Positions 1 through 9,849 of a DNA stretch of 64,000 nt are shown one piece after another (within the stretch, counting starts at the first letter, position 1; each line of letters opens with the position of its first letter). The translations under genes were made by a program, and so were the position numbers. The notes below the pieces were generated by a model. It saw only the letters and a program-made list of their open reading frames with translations. It did not search any database and was not told where the DNA came from. The DNA is from Balanoglossus misakiensis (lineage: Eukaryota > Animalia > Hemichordata), in contig JBECUI020000033.1 in NCBI GenBank assembly GCA_040954595.2, forward strand, positions 1 to 64,000, in the 5' to 3' direction.

Positions 1-7
1 CATATTA

Positions 8-56
8 TCACAAAAAAACGTGAAATATGTGTTTTTTGTGAATGAAGGTATATAAT
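8..56 (+). promoter_or_regulatory. Inverted repeat TCACAAAAAA...TTTTTTGTGA (8-17/32-41) plus TATAAT -10 box (51-56) upstream of the adhesin gene
   Basis: 10-bp arms in perfect dyad symmetry; consensus -10 hexamer; no clear -35. Confidence 0.35.
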
Positions 57-189
57 AAAACTTAGTTATTGTATAAATCTAAGGTTTTCTTGCGCATAGA
101 GGAATGATGTTTTCCTCTTTGTTTACAACCTACAATTTAATTTTCTGTCTTGACTAAACGATTCTATCAGGACAAGGAGGAAGCAGAAT

Positions 190-3100
190 ATGAATAAGCG
201 AATTGCAATGTTGGGAGAGCGAAATTTCTATTATTCGTCTTTTTTTCGAGGTTTTGTTGTTTTAGGAATTTTCGTGTTAGCCATTTTTTCCTGCGATACG
301 GGAGTGAAAACCAACATCACCGGGACTTTGACCTATGGTCAGGATGGTCAGAAGATCGAAATTGATGGGAAAATCGGTGGAAGCGTAGCACCGCAATGGG
401 AGGGGTTGATTGAGAATCAGTCCTATATTTACTCTATTAGCCCAGAGCCGGTGGAGGGTATGGTCTTTTACCAAGAGACGGGCATTCTAAGCATCGGTAC
501 CACGGTGCCTGCCGGTGATTATTCTTATACCATTACGGCCGAGGGTACAGGTAGTTATACGGGAACAATAACGGCGAGTTTAAGCATTACCGTTACTTCG
601 GAGATTACCGGAACATTCTCTTATCAGAGTCTCACTATCGAAAGGGGTACAACTGCCAGTGTCGATCCTGAATGGACAGGGCAGGATGATGTGAATCAGA
701 CCCTTAGCTACAGCATCAGTCCTGATTTGTCGGCGGGTATGTCTTTGGACGTGGCGAGTGGTAGGATAACTCTTGAGGACAGCGTGGCCGTTGACAATTA
801 TTCCTATACCGTTACGGCCGGGGGTACAGGTAGTTATACGGGATCAATAACGGCGAGTTTAAGCATTACCGTTACCTCTGCTCTTCCTTCGGAGATTACC
901 GGAACATTCTCTTACAGTGAGATCAGTGCCGAATACGGTTCCTCCACAGCATCCATGACCAGCCCCGTATGGCAAGATCAGAGCGATGCCAGCCAGACCG
1001 TCAGTTACAGCATTGACCCTGCCCCTGAGGCTGGCATAACCTTTGCCCAAGACACTGGCGTTTTGACTCTGGAAGGCAATGCTGCTGTGTCAGCTGGTTC
1101 TTATAACTATACCGTTACGGCCGCGGGTACAGGTAGTTATACGGGATCAATAACGGCGAGTTTAAGCATTACCGTTACCTCTGCGATGATTACCGGAACA
1201 TTCTCTTACAGTGAGATCAGTGCCGAATACGGTTCCTCCACAGCATCCATGACCAGCCCCGTATGGCAAGATCAGAGCGATGCCAGCCAGACCGTCAGTT
1301 ACAGCATTGACCCTGCCCTTGAGGCTGGTATAACCTTTGCCCAAGACACTGGCGTTTTGACTCTGGAAGGCAATGCTGCTGTGTCAGCTGGTTCTTATAC
1401 CTATACCGTTACGGCCGCGGGTACAGGTAGTTATACGGGATCAATAACGGCGAGTTTAAGCATTACCGTTACCTCTGCGATGATTACCGGAACATTCTCT
1501 TATCAGAGTCTCACTATCGCAAGGGGTACAACTGCCAGTGTCGATCCTGAATGGACAGGGCAGACTGATGTGAATCAGACCCCTTAGCTACAGCATCAGT
1601 CCTGATTTGTCGGCGGGTATGACTTTGGGACGTGGCGAGTGGTAGGATAACTCTTGAGGACAGCGTGGCCGTTGACAATTATATCTATACCGTTACGGCC
1701 GCGGGTACAGGTAGTTATGCGGGATCAATAACGGCGAGTTTAAGCATTACCGTTACCTCTGCGATGATTACCGGAACATTCTCTTACAGTGAGATCAGTG
1801 CCGAATACGGTTCCTCCACAGCATCCATGACCAGCCCCGTATGGCAAGATCAGAGCGAAGTCAGCCAGACCGTCAGTTACAGCATTGCCCCTGCCCTTGA
1901 GGCTGGCATAACCTTTGCCCAAGACACTGGCGTTTTGACTCTGGAAGGCAATGCTGCTGTGTCAGCTGGTTCTTATACCTATACAGTTACGGCTGCGGGT
2001 ACAGGTAGTTATGCGGGATCAATAACGGCGAGTTTAAGGATTACCGTTACCTCTGCGATGATTACCGGAACATTCTCTTACAGTGAGATCAGTGCCGAAT
2101 ACGGTTCCTCCACAGCATCCATGACCAGCCCCGTATGGCAAGATCAGAGCGATGCCAGCCAGACCGTCAGTTACAGCATTGCCCCTGCCCCTGAGGCTGG
2201 CATAACCTTTGCCCAAGACACTGGCGTTTTGACTCTGGAAGGCAATGCTGCTGTGTCAGCTGGTTCTTATACCTATACAGTTACGGCTGCGGGTACAGGT
2301 AGTTATGCGGGATCAATAACGGCGAGTTTAAGCATTACCGTTACCTCTGCGATGATTACCGGAACATTCTCTTACAGTGAGATCAGTGCCGAATACGGTT
2401 CCTCCACAGCATCCATGACCAGCCCCGTATGGCAAGATCAGAGCGATGCCAGCCAGACCGTCAGTTACAGCATTGCCCCTGCCCCTGAGGCTGGCATAAC
2501 CTTTGCCCAAGACACTGGCGTTTTGACTCTGGAAGGCAATGCTGCTGTGTCAGCTGGTTCTTATACCTATACCGTTACGGCCGCGGGTACAGGTAGTTAT
2601 GCGGGAACAATAACGGCGAGTTTAAGCATTACCGTTACCTCTGCGATGATTACCGGAACATTCTCTTACAGTGAGATCAGTGCCGAATACGGTTCCTCCA
2701 CAGCATCCATGACCAGCCCCGTATGGCAAGATCAGAGCGATGCCAGCCAGACCGTCAGTTACAGCATTGCCCTGCCCCTGAGGCTGGCATAACCTTTGCC
2801 CAAGACACTGGCGTTTTGACTCTGGCAGGCAATGCTGCTGTGTCAGCTGGTTCTTATACCTATACAGTTACGGCCGAGGGTACAGGTAGTTATACGGGAA
2901 CAATAACGTCAGACCTTACCCTAGTGATAACCAAGATTGACATTAGCAGTGCCTCCATGGGCTATGTCGTTGACGAGGCCTATCTTATTGACACAGCTCT
3001 TGAACTGCCTTTCTCGACGGGAGATATCCCTCAAGATGCGGAGCTTAGCTATAGCGTTACTCCGGACTTACCGACAGGCTTAGGTTTTGAGAAAGATGGT

Positions 3101-3916
3101 GCTGGAAATGTTATAAGCGGTAAAATACTAGGCACGCCTACAGCTAGTACAAGCACAGGTAATAATGCTTTCACCATTACAGTAAGCGGCAGCGGGAATT
3201 ATACCGGAAGTGTGGATCTGCCCATTACTCTGAAAGTATTGCTTAGCATTGACTATGGTACTAGGGCCTACATAGTAGGTGCAGCTGATCTTTATTTTGC
3301 GGGGGCTTTAACAATTCCTAAGGTTGTAACTCTCGTCGGCAGCAGCAATGAAGAAAGAATAGTAACAGCTATTCCAGATAGGAGATTCGAAGTTTTTCAA
3401 AGCTTAACAGCAGTTACCCTTCCGGACTCTATTACGAACATTGGGGAACGAGCCTTTTCCGGATGTACTGCTCTAACGCAAATTAGCCTTCCGGACTCTA
3501 TTACGACAATAGGGGAGGGAGCCTTTGGAAATACCGCTTTAAGCAGTGTTGTTCTCCCACGCTACTTGGAGACTATTGCGCCCATTCTTTTCCTTAATAC
3601 TCGACTAACATCAGTCACATTCCCTGAAACTCTTAAGACCATTGGTTCTAGTGCTTTCAAGGATGTGGTTACTCTAACGTCAATTACACTTCCTGAGTCC
3701 ATCGAGGGCATAGGCGATAACGCTTTTCATGGCGCTTCCATGCTAAGCTTGGTGCGGATAGAAGCTACCTCAGCTCCGGCCCTGCTAGGATCAGGAGTGA
3801 CTTTCTTCGAGATCGCTGATAACCCCGTACTGGAAATACCTTCTAGTTCAGAGAACTATCCTGCTGCTAATGAGTGGTGGGGTGGTGCTCAATGGACTAC
3901 TGTGAGGACTTTCTAA
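190..3916 (+). CDS. Large surface lipoprotein (~1240 aa): tandem Ig-like (He_PIG/cadherin-like) repeats plus C-terminal BspA-type LRR (LRR_5); split by 3 indels
   Basis: AAGGAGG RBS; lipobox-like LAIFSC; repeats 'YSISP.L..G...D..TG.l......YTVTA.GTGSY.G'; C-terminal 'lPDSITnIGErAFsgCt.L' LRRs. Comparing repeat copies shows extra C ~1580, extra G ~1628 and missing C ~2770, which exactly explains the three ORF frames. Confidence 0.85.
604..2910 (+). repeat. Intragenic tandem array of two unit types in the order A-B-B-A-B-B-B-B (B = 294 bp, A = 282-291 bp)
   Basis: ATTACCGGAACATTCTCTTA recurs at 604, 895, 1189, 1483, 1767, 2061, 2355, 2649; B copies nearly identical. Confidence 0.95.
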
Positions 3917-3962
3917 CAGCGTCTTGTTCTATAAGCCGTATTGGGGGAGATAGGAGTTGTAA

Positions 3963-3991
3963 AAACGATAAGAAAAATCTTCTTTTATGTG
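3963..3991 (+). repeat. 29-bp palindromic site, copy 1: AAACGATAAGAAAA-A-TCTTCTTTTATGTG
   Basis: Matches the family at 9307, 27370, 54251, 56026, 56694. Confidence 0.75.
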
Positions 3992-4008
3992 TTCGGTTCC
4001 TAAGCTAG

Positions 4009-4047
4009 GCTTTCCGGGGTTTTATATAAACCCAAACCCCGGAAAGC
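4009..4047. terminator. 14-bp perfect stem-loop between convergent genes
   Basis: GCTTTCCGGGGTTT-N11-AAACCCCGGAAAGC; no clear U-tract. Confidence 0.55.
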
Positions 4048-4164
4048 TCCCTTCAACTTCCCTAATGTAGTTTTAAAAGGACTAATCGTTTCCCCTTTGC
4101 CTAAGCTCCCAGTCTCCCTATTTTTCCTTATGGGCTCTTGTTGAGTTTGTGCTTTGTTCTGTAT

Positions 4165-4819
4165 CTAGAAGGCTATTGAAGTGCTGAAGATTGCCAAGTA
4201 AATAATTGTGCCGAGCCCTTGCGATTGTATCGGGAACTTAGGGGGCTTAAAGAGATTGCCAACAAGAGAAAATAGTGTAGCAAATAGAAATTGTAGAAAA
4301 ACGATTTTATTAAGGTCGACTTTATGTTCTTGGACATACAATCCAACGAAGTAGATATGAAATGCAACTAGAAGGGCACATAATAGTGTTGGCAGATCCC
4401 CTTTGTTCAGTGCATCCCACCCCTCTATTGTTAGGAAACCTATGCCAGTTATGGTCAGCAATACCGATACAATGATTGACGGTTTTAAGGAGCGTTTGCT
4501 GAGTAAACAGTGAATAAAGGGTGTCATAACGACGTTAGAAGAAGTGAGGAATGCGTTTTTTGATATTGTGGTGAATTGTAGCCCAATTGTTTGTAGCATA
4601 AATTCGATGCGAAGAAAGAACCCTAATACTATGCTTGTGCATAGAGCATGCTTAAGGTTAGCAATTTTTATATTGGACAATGTAGGAGACAAAGGTAGCA
4701 AGAGCAAGACGCATGGTTGTGATAAACATCGGAGGAAGTCCTGTATCCAGAGCGATGCGGGTAAAAACAAACCCTGTTCCCCATGTCAACGCTACAATAA
4801 AAAGGCTTGCTTCAGTCAT
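4165..4819 (-). pseudogene. EamA/DMT family transporter, frameshifted and truncated
   Basis: N-terminus MTEASLFIVALTWGTGFVFTRIAL in another frame; LQTIGLQFTTISKNAFLTS and NKGDL motifs; in-frame TAG at 'AF*IQNKAQ', last helices missing. Confidence 0.75.
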
Positions 4820-4926
4820 ACATGCTTACTCTCGTTTGTTGTGGAACTATAGAATTCTCCACAGATTCTATACTGAAAATGCCCTTGCTTTGAGAGTAGG
4901 GAGTCTTTTCTTGTACTGTTTTGGAA

Positions 4927-5802
4927 CTACTTTTTGACTAGGGCTTGGACGGTATGCTTCAGTAAACTGGCATCGTTGGTACAGACAGCAACTAAATCTA
5001 TGGCTTTGTCTAGATCCGTAGTGCAATAGAACATGTCGTTGATTCCATATTTTTCAATAAAATTCTTGGTGGTTATGTGATGTCTATTTCTTATAAAATT
5101 CTTTCTTAGTTTACCTAGAACGGGTTCTGGTAAGAATTTTTTTGCTAGTGATCGAATTAAGGACTGCTTCCTCGCAGCTATACGTGTTTGCTCAAGTCGG
5201 TTTTTTTCAATTGAGTAGAGTGGCTCTTTTGCGAAACATCCAATAACCTGGACCTCCGGGAAATAGGTAGTTAACAGAGAGTAAAGCTCGGAATGGGTAA
5301 ATTCATGAACATGGAATGGATTCCATGGCTTCATTCCTGGATCTAATCTGAGCCGTGCATTGGGGGTAGCTAGAATAGCAATTCCTGAGGAGGAAAGTAC
5401 CCTGGTTATCTCGCTAAGGTATACATCATAGTCGACAATGTGCTCAATGACCTGCAAACTCGTAATGAAATCGAATTTCTCATTTTCGAATGGGAGATTT
5501 TTCCCATCCACCAGTTGGAAATCTATCTCTTCATTATAGTAAAGCTCTTGTGCATACGATATGGATTGTTGCGAGACATCGACAGCAACGACTTGTTTGG
5601 CTGTATTAGAGAGTATTGCACTACCGTAGCCTGTATTGCATCCCAGGTCTAGAACAATTTTCCCTTCGGTCTGCTTGGCTATTTGAGTATAGGCAAACTT
5701 GTACATTAAATGTGTCGTATAGTCCTCTTGGGTTTGTGTTTTGCCATCGATGAGCCAATGTTTTTCTGCTTGATATTTGATATTTTCTTCGTGTGTACGC
5801 AT
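4927..5802 (-). CDS. Class I SAM-dependent methyltransferase (Methyltransf_11-like)
   Basis: VLDLGCNTGYG motif I, DGKNLPF..FD, QVIEH, ATPN, NPFHVHE. Confidence 0.85.
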   Translation of the reverse strand: MRTHEENIKYQAEKHWLIDGKTQTQEDYTTHLMYKFAYTQIAKQTEGKIVLDLGCNTGYGSAILSNTAKQVVAVDVSQQSISYAQELYYNEEIDFQLVDGKNLPFENEKFDFITSLQVIEHIVDYDVYLSEITRVLSSSGIAILATPNARLRLDPGMKPWNPFHVHEFTHSELYSLLTTYFPEVQVIGCFAKEPLYSIEKNRLEQTRIAARKQSLIRSLAKKFLPEPVLGKLRKNFIRNRHHITTKNFIEKYGINDMFYCTTDLDKAIDLVAVCTNDASLLKHTVQALVKK

Positions 5803-5857
5803 ATGAAGTTTCCTTTAGAGTTTGTACCTGTATAGTATTATGCTTCAAGCAATCCAG

Positions 5858-5913
5858 TCAAGAAGGTTGTAAATAGAGATACAAATCAAGAAGGTTGAAA
5901 ATAGAGACATAAA
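5858..5913 (+). repeat. 28-bp tandem duplication (25/28 identical)
   Basis: TCAAGAAGGTTGTAAATAGAGATACAAA / TCAAGAAGGTTGAAAATAGAGACATAAA. Confidence 0.85.
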
Positions 5914-6211
5914 TTCTGCCTCTATTCATGGGGTGTTTTAGATCTACATGATCTGGTCCTCAGGATACTTCCTGTCGGTATAATCTCGGTATTGGATAAG
6001 CAATCTGTACTCAACAAATTGGCAAAAAATTAGAGATGACATTGACAAATTTGCGGGTCCCTAGAGGCTTACCTGGCATTTCTCTTAGCAGCCATGTCTT
6101 CCTGATAAGCGATTTATGACTCCTGAGGGGAATCGTTCTCCATTCTGTCATAGACTTGAAAAGTCTCTAGGGTGTAGGCTTAAAAAGAAATTTCTGGAAG
6201 TGGAGTCCTTG

Positions 6212-6781
6212 ATGAAAACACCTAGGTTAAAAGAAGCCCAAGAGCTTTTGGAATGTTATGTCCAATCGGATAACCTGAGGGCACATAGTCGATTTGTTTC
6301 CGTGGTGATGGGGCATTTTGCACAACAAAGCGGAGCGGATGTTGAAAAATGGCAGGTTATCGGTCTGGTGCACGATTTGGATTGGGAAAAATTTCCTGAT
6401 CAACACTGCCATAAGACTGGAGAAATACTACGGGAGCAGGATTGGCCGGAAGATTATGTTCATGCTGTTATGAGTCATGGCTGGCAGATATGCACGGAGG
6501 TTGAGCCAGTGCATTATATGGAGAAGGTTCTCTATGCTATTGATGAGCTTACAGGGTTTCTGGTGGCGGTTGCCTTGGTCCGGCCTTCCAAGTCTCTTTT
6601 GGATGTTAAGTTGAGTTCGGTAAGGAAGAAATGGAAGGTAATGAACTTTGCTGCCGGGGCTAACCGCAGCGTTATTGAAAGGGGAGCTGCCATGGTGGAA
6701 CGCCCACTGAATGATTTAATAGAGGAGACCTTAACGGCCATGCAATCCATTGCCGCTGAAGTTGGGCTAGCTGGGGAGTGA
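6212..6781 (+). CDS. HDIG/HD-domain metal-dependent phosphohydrolase
   Basis: HS...GLVHDLDWE...H...SH...DELTG and FAAG.NR motifs; GGAG RBS favours ATG 6212. Confidence 0.8.
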   Translation: MKTPRLKEAQELLECYVQSDNLRAHSRFVSVVMGHFAQQSGADVEKWQVIGLVHDLDWEKFPDQHCHKTGEILREQDWPEDYVHAVMSHGWQICTEVEPVHYMEKVLYAIDELTGFLVAVALVRPSKSLLDVKLSSVRKKWKVMNFAAGANRSVIERGAAMVERPLNDLIEETLTAMQSIAAEVGLAGE

Positions 6782-7072
6782 ATGAGGTTCTGCTTTGTGT
6801 TGGGGAGGCTAAGGTTTTGGTTATGGTATTGCTTTATTGAAAAACCAGCAGTTTTCTTGTGGTACGGGCCACAATGGCGCCTGTAGGGATGGGGACAGCC
6901 CCGTTCCCCTCTAAAAGACTAGTCCAGGGGCAGTATTAAGGGGCAATAAGATATTTTCGGCCGGCACATTGGAATAGAGGTCGGCTAAGGTCAAGCATAA
7001 GTTCCTGTGCCAGGACGAGGGAATCGGGCATGTTTTATTCCTTCTACAAAAGGCGGGTTTTTGGAACTAACT

Positions 7073-7573
7073 CTATACGGGAATAACTTTTACAAAGGAA
7101 CAGGATCTTTTTGTACTGTCAAACTGTTCCAAGAGTATCTGGTTCCAGGCAGTCTTGCATGCATGGGGAGAGCCTGGTAGACAAATGACAATGGTTTTGT
7201 TTGCTAGACCGGCAATACAGGCAGATTGTATGGTGGAACTGCCAATCTCCTTATAAGAAATGCTGCGGAAAATCTCTCCAAATCCATCTATCGTTTTATC
7301 AAACAAGGGCCTAGCGGCAAAAACGGTTACGTCACTCTCGTAAAAGCCGGTTCCGCCAGTTGTTAGAATAGCATGCACTGCCGGGGAGGCAATCCATTTT
7401 GATAGGGTGGCCCGTATGTCATACACGTTGTCTCGTACAATCTCTTTATCGTGTAGTTTATGACCCGCTTCTTGAAGCGCCTTGACTAGAAAGCCACCTG
7501 AAGTGTCGTTTCCTTCGGTTCGGGTATCGGATATGGTCAGCACAGCCATGCTTAGGGGGATAAACTGTTCCAT
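7073..7573 (-). CDS. moaB: Molybdenum cofactor biosynthesis protein MoaB/MogA family
   Basis: VLTISDTR, DTSG, TTGGTG, GFGE.FR, LPGSP motifs. Confidence 0.85.
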   Translation of the reverse strand: MEQFIPLSMAVLTISDTRTEGNDTSGGFLVKALQEAGHKLHDKEIVRDNVYDIRATLSKWIASPAVHAILTTGGTGFYESDVTVFAARPLFDKTIDGFGEIFRSISYKEIGSSTIQSACIAGLANKTIVICLPGSPHACKTAWNQILLEQFDSTKRSCSFVKVIPV

Positions 7574-7855
7574 CTATTTTTTCTCCTCTTGTGAATTGTA
7601 ACGTTGTCTTGGTTGTTTATCTTAGCCTATGTTTCTGTGCATTGTGCACGGAAATAGCGTGTAGGGCAATCGACTGTCAAAACGATTAAGGGGAGTGCTT
7701 GTTTTTTAACTTATTAAAAGTTTTCTGTGTAAAAGGGTAAGAAAGGCTGAAGAGCTTCCTTAATGATGGAAGAGTTTTTAAAATATTATTTAAGGATTCT
7801 GGCTTCCCATGTGTCCAGCTTCTGCGGGGCAAACTATCCGTTCAGTTTGGCGCTC

Positions 7856-7930
7856 GCGTCAGGGATTGGAGGGGCGCCGAAGGCGGTCCGAAAGGACCGA
7901 TAGCCCCGCAAAGCCCGCCCGGACGCCCAA
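7856..7930 (-). ncRNA. Flavo-1-like structured RNA or repeat element
   Basis: Minus strand UUGGGCGU..CGGGCUUU..(hairpins)..UCCAAUCCCUGACGC resembles my recollection of the Flavo-1 motif ends; internal hairpins CGGTCC-GAAA-GGACCG and C(UUCG)G; GC-rich island in AT-rich spacer. Confidence 0.55.
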
Positions 7931-8005
7931 GAATCTGGGAAACATTTTTTCTATTTCAAGGTAATGTATGTGCCAGTTTTCTTTTCTAAGGGTTATTCTT
8001 TTGTT

Positions 8006-8421
8006 ATGAATTCTTTTCTAAGTATCAGTTTGGATGAGATGATGGCCCGATTCGAAGTAGGCTCGATGGTTCTTTTGATTTGGTGGTGGGAATAGAGAGG
8101 GGGGGGCTGCTGCCTGCCTATTTGGCTTCTCGTTGGCTCCAGATTCCTCTGGGAAGTCTGAGTATTGCTTTCCGGGACGAAATGCATAGGACTGTGTACC
8201 CCCAGCCGAAACTTCTTGCTTCTCTGCCGATGAGTGTTCGGGGAAAGCGTGTTTTGCTTTGTGATGATGTGGTGAATACCGGGGAAACTTTCCGCTGTGC
8301 TTTTGCCGAGCTGGGGGAGGCTGCTTCTCTTACTACCTTGGTAGTTTCAGGGGATGCCGATATCAGCCTTTTTGGACCCCACAAACAGTGTATACGCTGG
8401 CCTTGGGAAAGGGTGCTTTAG
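8006..8421 (+). CDS. Type I phosphoribosyltransferase (one frameshift near 8060)
   Basis: VGIERGG and LLCDDVVNTGET PRPP-binding loop; upstream ATG 8006 in another frame. Confidence 0.8.
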
Positions 8422-8460
8422 TTCTCTATTTGTATTTCTGCGGTTTCAGGAGGAAGGTTT

Positions 8461-8979
8461 ATGAATGCGTCTATTGTTCTGGGTGGTGGATGTTTTTGGT
8501 GCGTCGAGGCGGTTTATGTCCGTGTGAAAGGGGTTACTTCGGTAGAACCAGGTTATGCGGGGGGACAGAGCGTTTACCCGACTTATAAGGATGTCTGTTC
8601 TGGTAGAACTGGTCATGCCGAGGTGGTCCGTCTTGCCTACGATTCCCAAATTGTGCCTCTTTCTAAGCTTTTGTCGATTTTTTGGCTTGCTCACGATCCT
8701 ACGACTCTTAACCGTCAGGGAAATGATCGGGGAACCCAATACCGTTCCATTATTTTCTATTCAAATGAGGTGCAGAGAAGCTGCGCTCAGGATTCTCGGG
8801 ATAGGTTGGTAGCGTTGGGAATTTATGAAAATCTTCCGGTTACGGAAATTCTTCCCTTGAAGCAGTTCTGGCCTGCCGAGGAGCAGCACAAAAACTATTT
8901 TGATCGTCACCGGCAGGAAGGGTATTGCCGCGTTGTTATTGAACCTAAACTTAAAAACTTGGATCTGTTGGAAAAATGA
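8461..8979 (+). CDS. msrA: Peptide-methionine (S)-S-oxide reductase
   Basis: GGGCFWC, GYAGG, TGHAEVV, HDPTTLNRQGND.GTQYRS. Confidence 0.95.
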   Translation: MNASIVLGGGCFWCVEAVYVRVKGVTSVEPGYAGGQSVYPTYKDVCSGRTGHAEVVRLAYDSQIVPLSKLLSIFWLAHDPTTLNRQGNDRGTQYRSIIFYSNEVQRSCAQDSRDRLVALGIYENLPVTEILPLKQFWPAEEQHKNYFDRHRQEGYCRVVIEPKLKNLDLLEK

Positions 8980-8995
8980 TTTTTCTTGCTCATGC

Positions 8996-9024
8996 TTGTC
9001 AAATTTATAGGGAATAGGTAGAAT
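8996..9024 (+). promoter_or_regulatory. Sigma70 promoter for tRNA-Val
   Basis: TTGTCA-N17-TAGAAT ending 13 nt before the tRNA. Confidence 0.7.
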
Positions 9025-9037
9025 TCTTTGAGATTGC

Positions 9038-9110
9038 GGGCGATTAACTCAGCGGCTAGAGTGCTACCTTCACACGGTAGAAGTCACTGGTTCAAGTCCA
9101 GTATCGCCCA
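9038..9110 (+). tRNA. tRNA-Val(CAC), CCA not encoded
   Basis: Acceptor GGGCGAT/ATCGCCC; anticodon arm CTACC-TTCACAC-GGTAG; T-arm ACTGG-TTCAAGT-CCAGT. Confidence 0.97.
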
Positions 9111-9306
9111 TGGTGATTTTTGGAGAGTGTGGTCCGGGTGCTGGTTTTTTAGTTGCTGGTTTGATGTTGGGTGTGATTCGTCTGGGGAAGGGGACTGTGT
9201 CTCATAAGGCAGGTTATGGGTCTTATTCTGTTGCCCCATGGATGAACTTGTAGGGGGAGAAGACGGTTTGTCCTAAGTTTTAGGGCCTTGGTTCTGTTGT
9301 TTCCTG

Positions 9307-9335
9307 AAACGATAAGAAGAATCTGCTTATCAGGT
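9307..9335 (+). repeat. 29-bp palindromic site, copy 2: AAACGATAAGAAGA-A-TCTGCTTATCAGGT
   Basis: Perfect left arm; right arm TCTGCTTATC. Confidence 0.85.
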
Positions 9336-9711
9336 CAGTTAAACTCCCGGTGCTTACTCTTAAAGGGGTGGTATTCAAGTAAGAGAAGTGGATTTTTCTT
9401 AACTTTTCTTTGATCTCATGCTTCCTTCAATAGTTTTTGTATCTCCGCTTCTCTGATGTCTGCCCATGCACAACACAAAGCTTTTATTCAGGTAGGGGCG
9501 GCTTATCCAATCCACCTGCTACCTGGATGTTTAGCCAGGAGGTGATGACTAGCGGGGCATCGCTGATCTTGTCCACTTTCTACGGAGTTGAGGGGTACGG
9601 TAGCGATACTAGTGCGTTGTTGTGGTACCCGATGGATTCCCTGTTTTTAGGTGGGTCTTGAGGTTTTTCAATTTTCATGGCTAGACTCTGATACTGTTTT
9701 CCAGCATAATT

Positions 9712-9741
9712 TTTCAAAATAATTATAGAATTATTTTGAAA
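9712..9741. promoter_or_regulatory. Perfect AT-rich dyad TTTCAAAATAATT-ATAG-AATTATTTTGAAA, candidate operator
   Basis: 13-bp arms, 4-nt spacer, ~110 bp upstream of the lipoprotein start. Confidence 0.45.
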
Positions 9742-9849
9742 GTGAATTATTATATCTAATAAATACAAGAGAAACTATTGTCCAGTGACTTAAGATTGTA
9801 AGTAGCTTCGTGTATGGGGAATAGGGAGCAAGTAAGGGGGTAACAGTTT

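Noticed and set aside
859-2510. Five near-identical 60-aa minus-strand ORFs (MGKGYASL...)
   Set aside because: Antisense shadows of the 294-bp coding repeat; no RBS or independent signal.
604-2910. CRISPR array or DGR template/variable repeats
   Set aside because: Units are 282-294 bp in-frame coding repeats without unique spacers; differences are not adenine-specific; no cas or reverse transcriptase in the window.
5858-5913. Mini-CRISPR
   Set aside because: Two abutting 28-mers with no spacer.
7574-7800. Moco riboswitch upstream of moaB
   Set aside because: Only an isolated imperfect hairpin (~7632-7654); I could not identify the Moco motif's conserved elements by eye.
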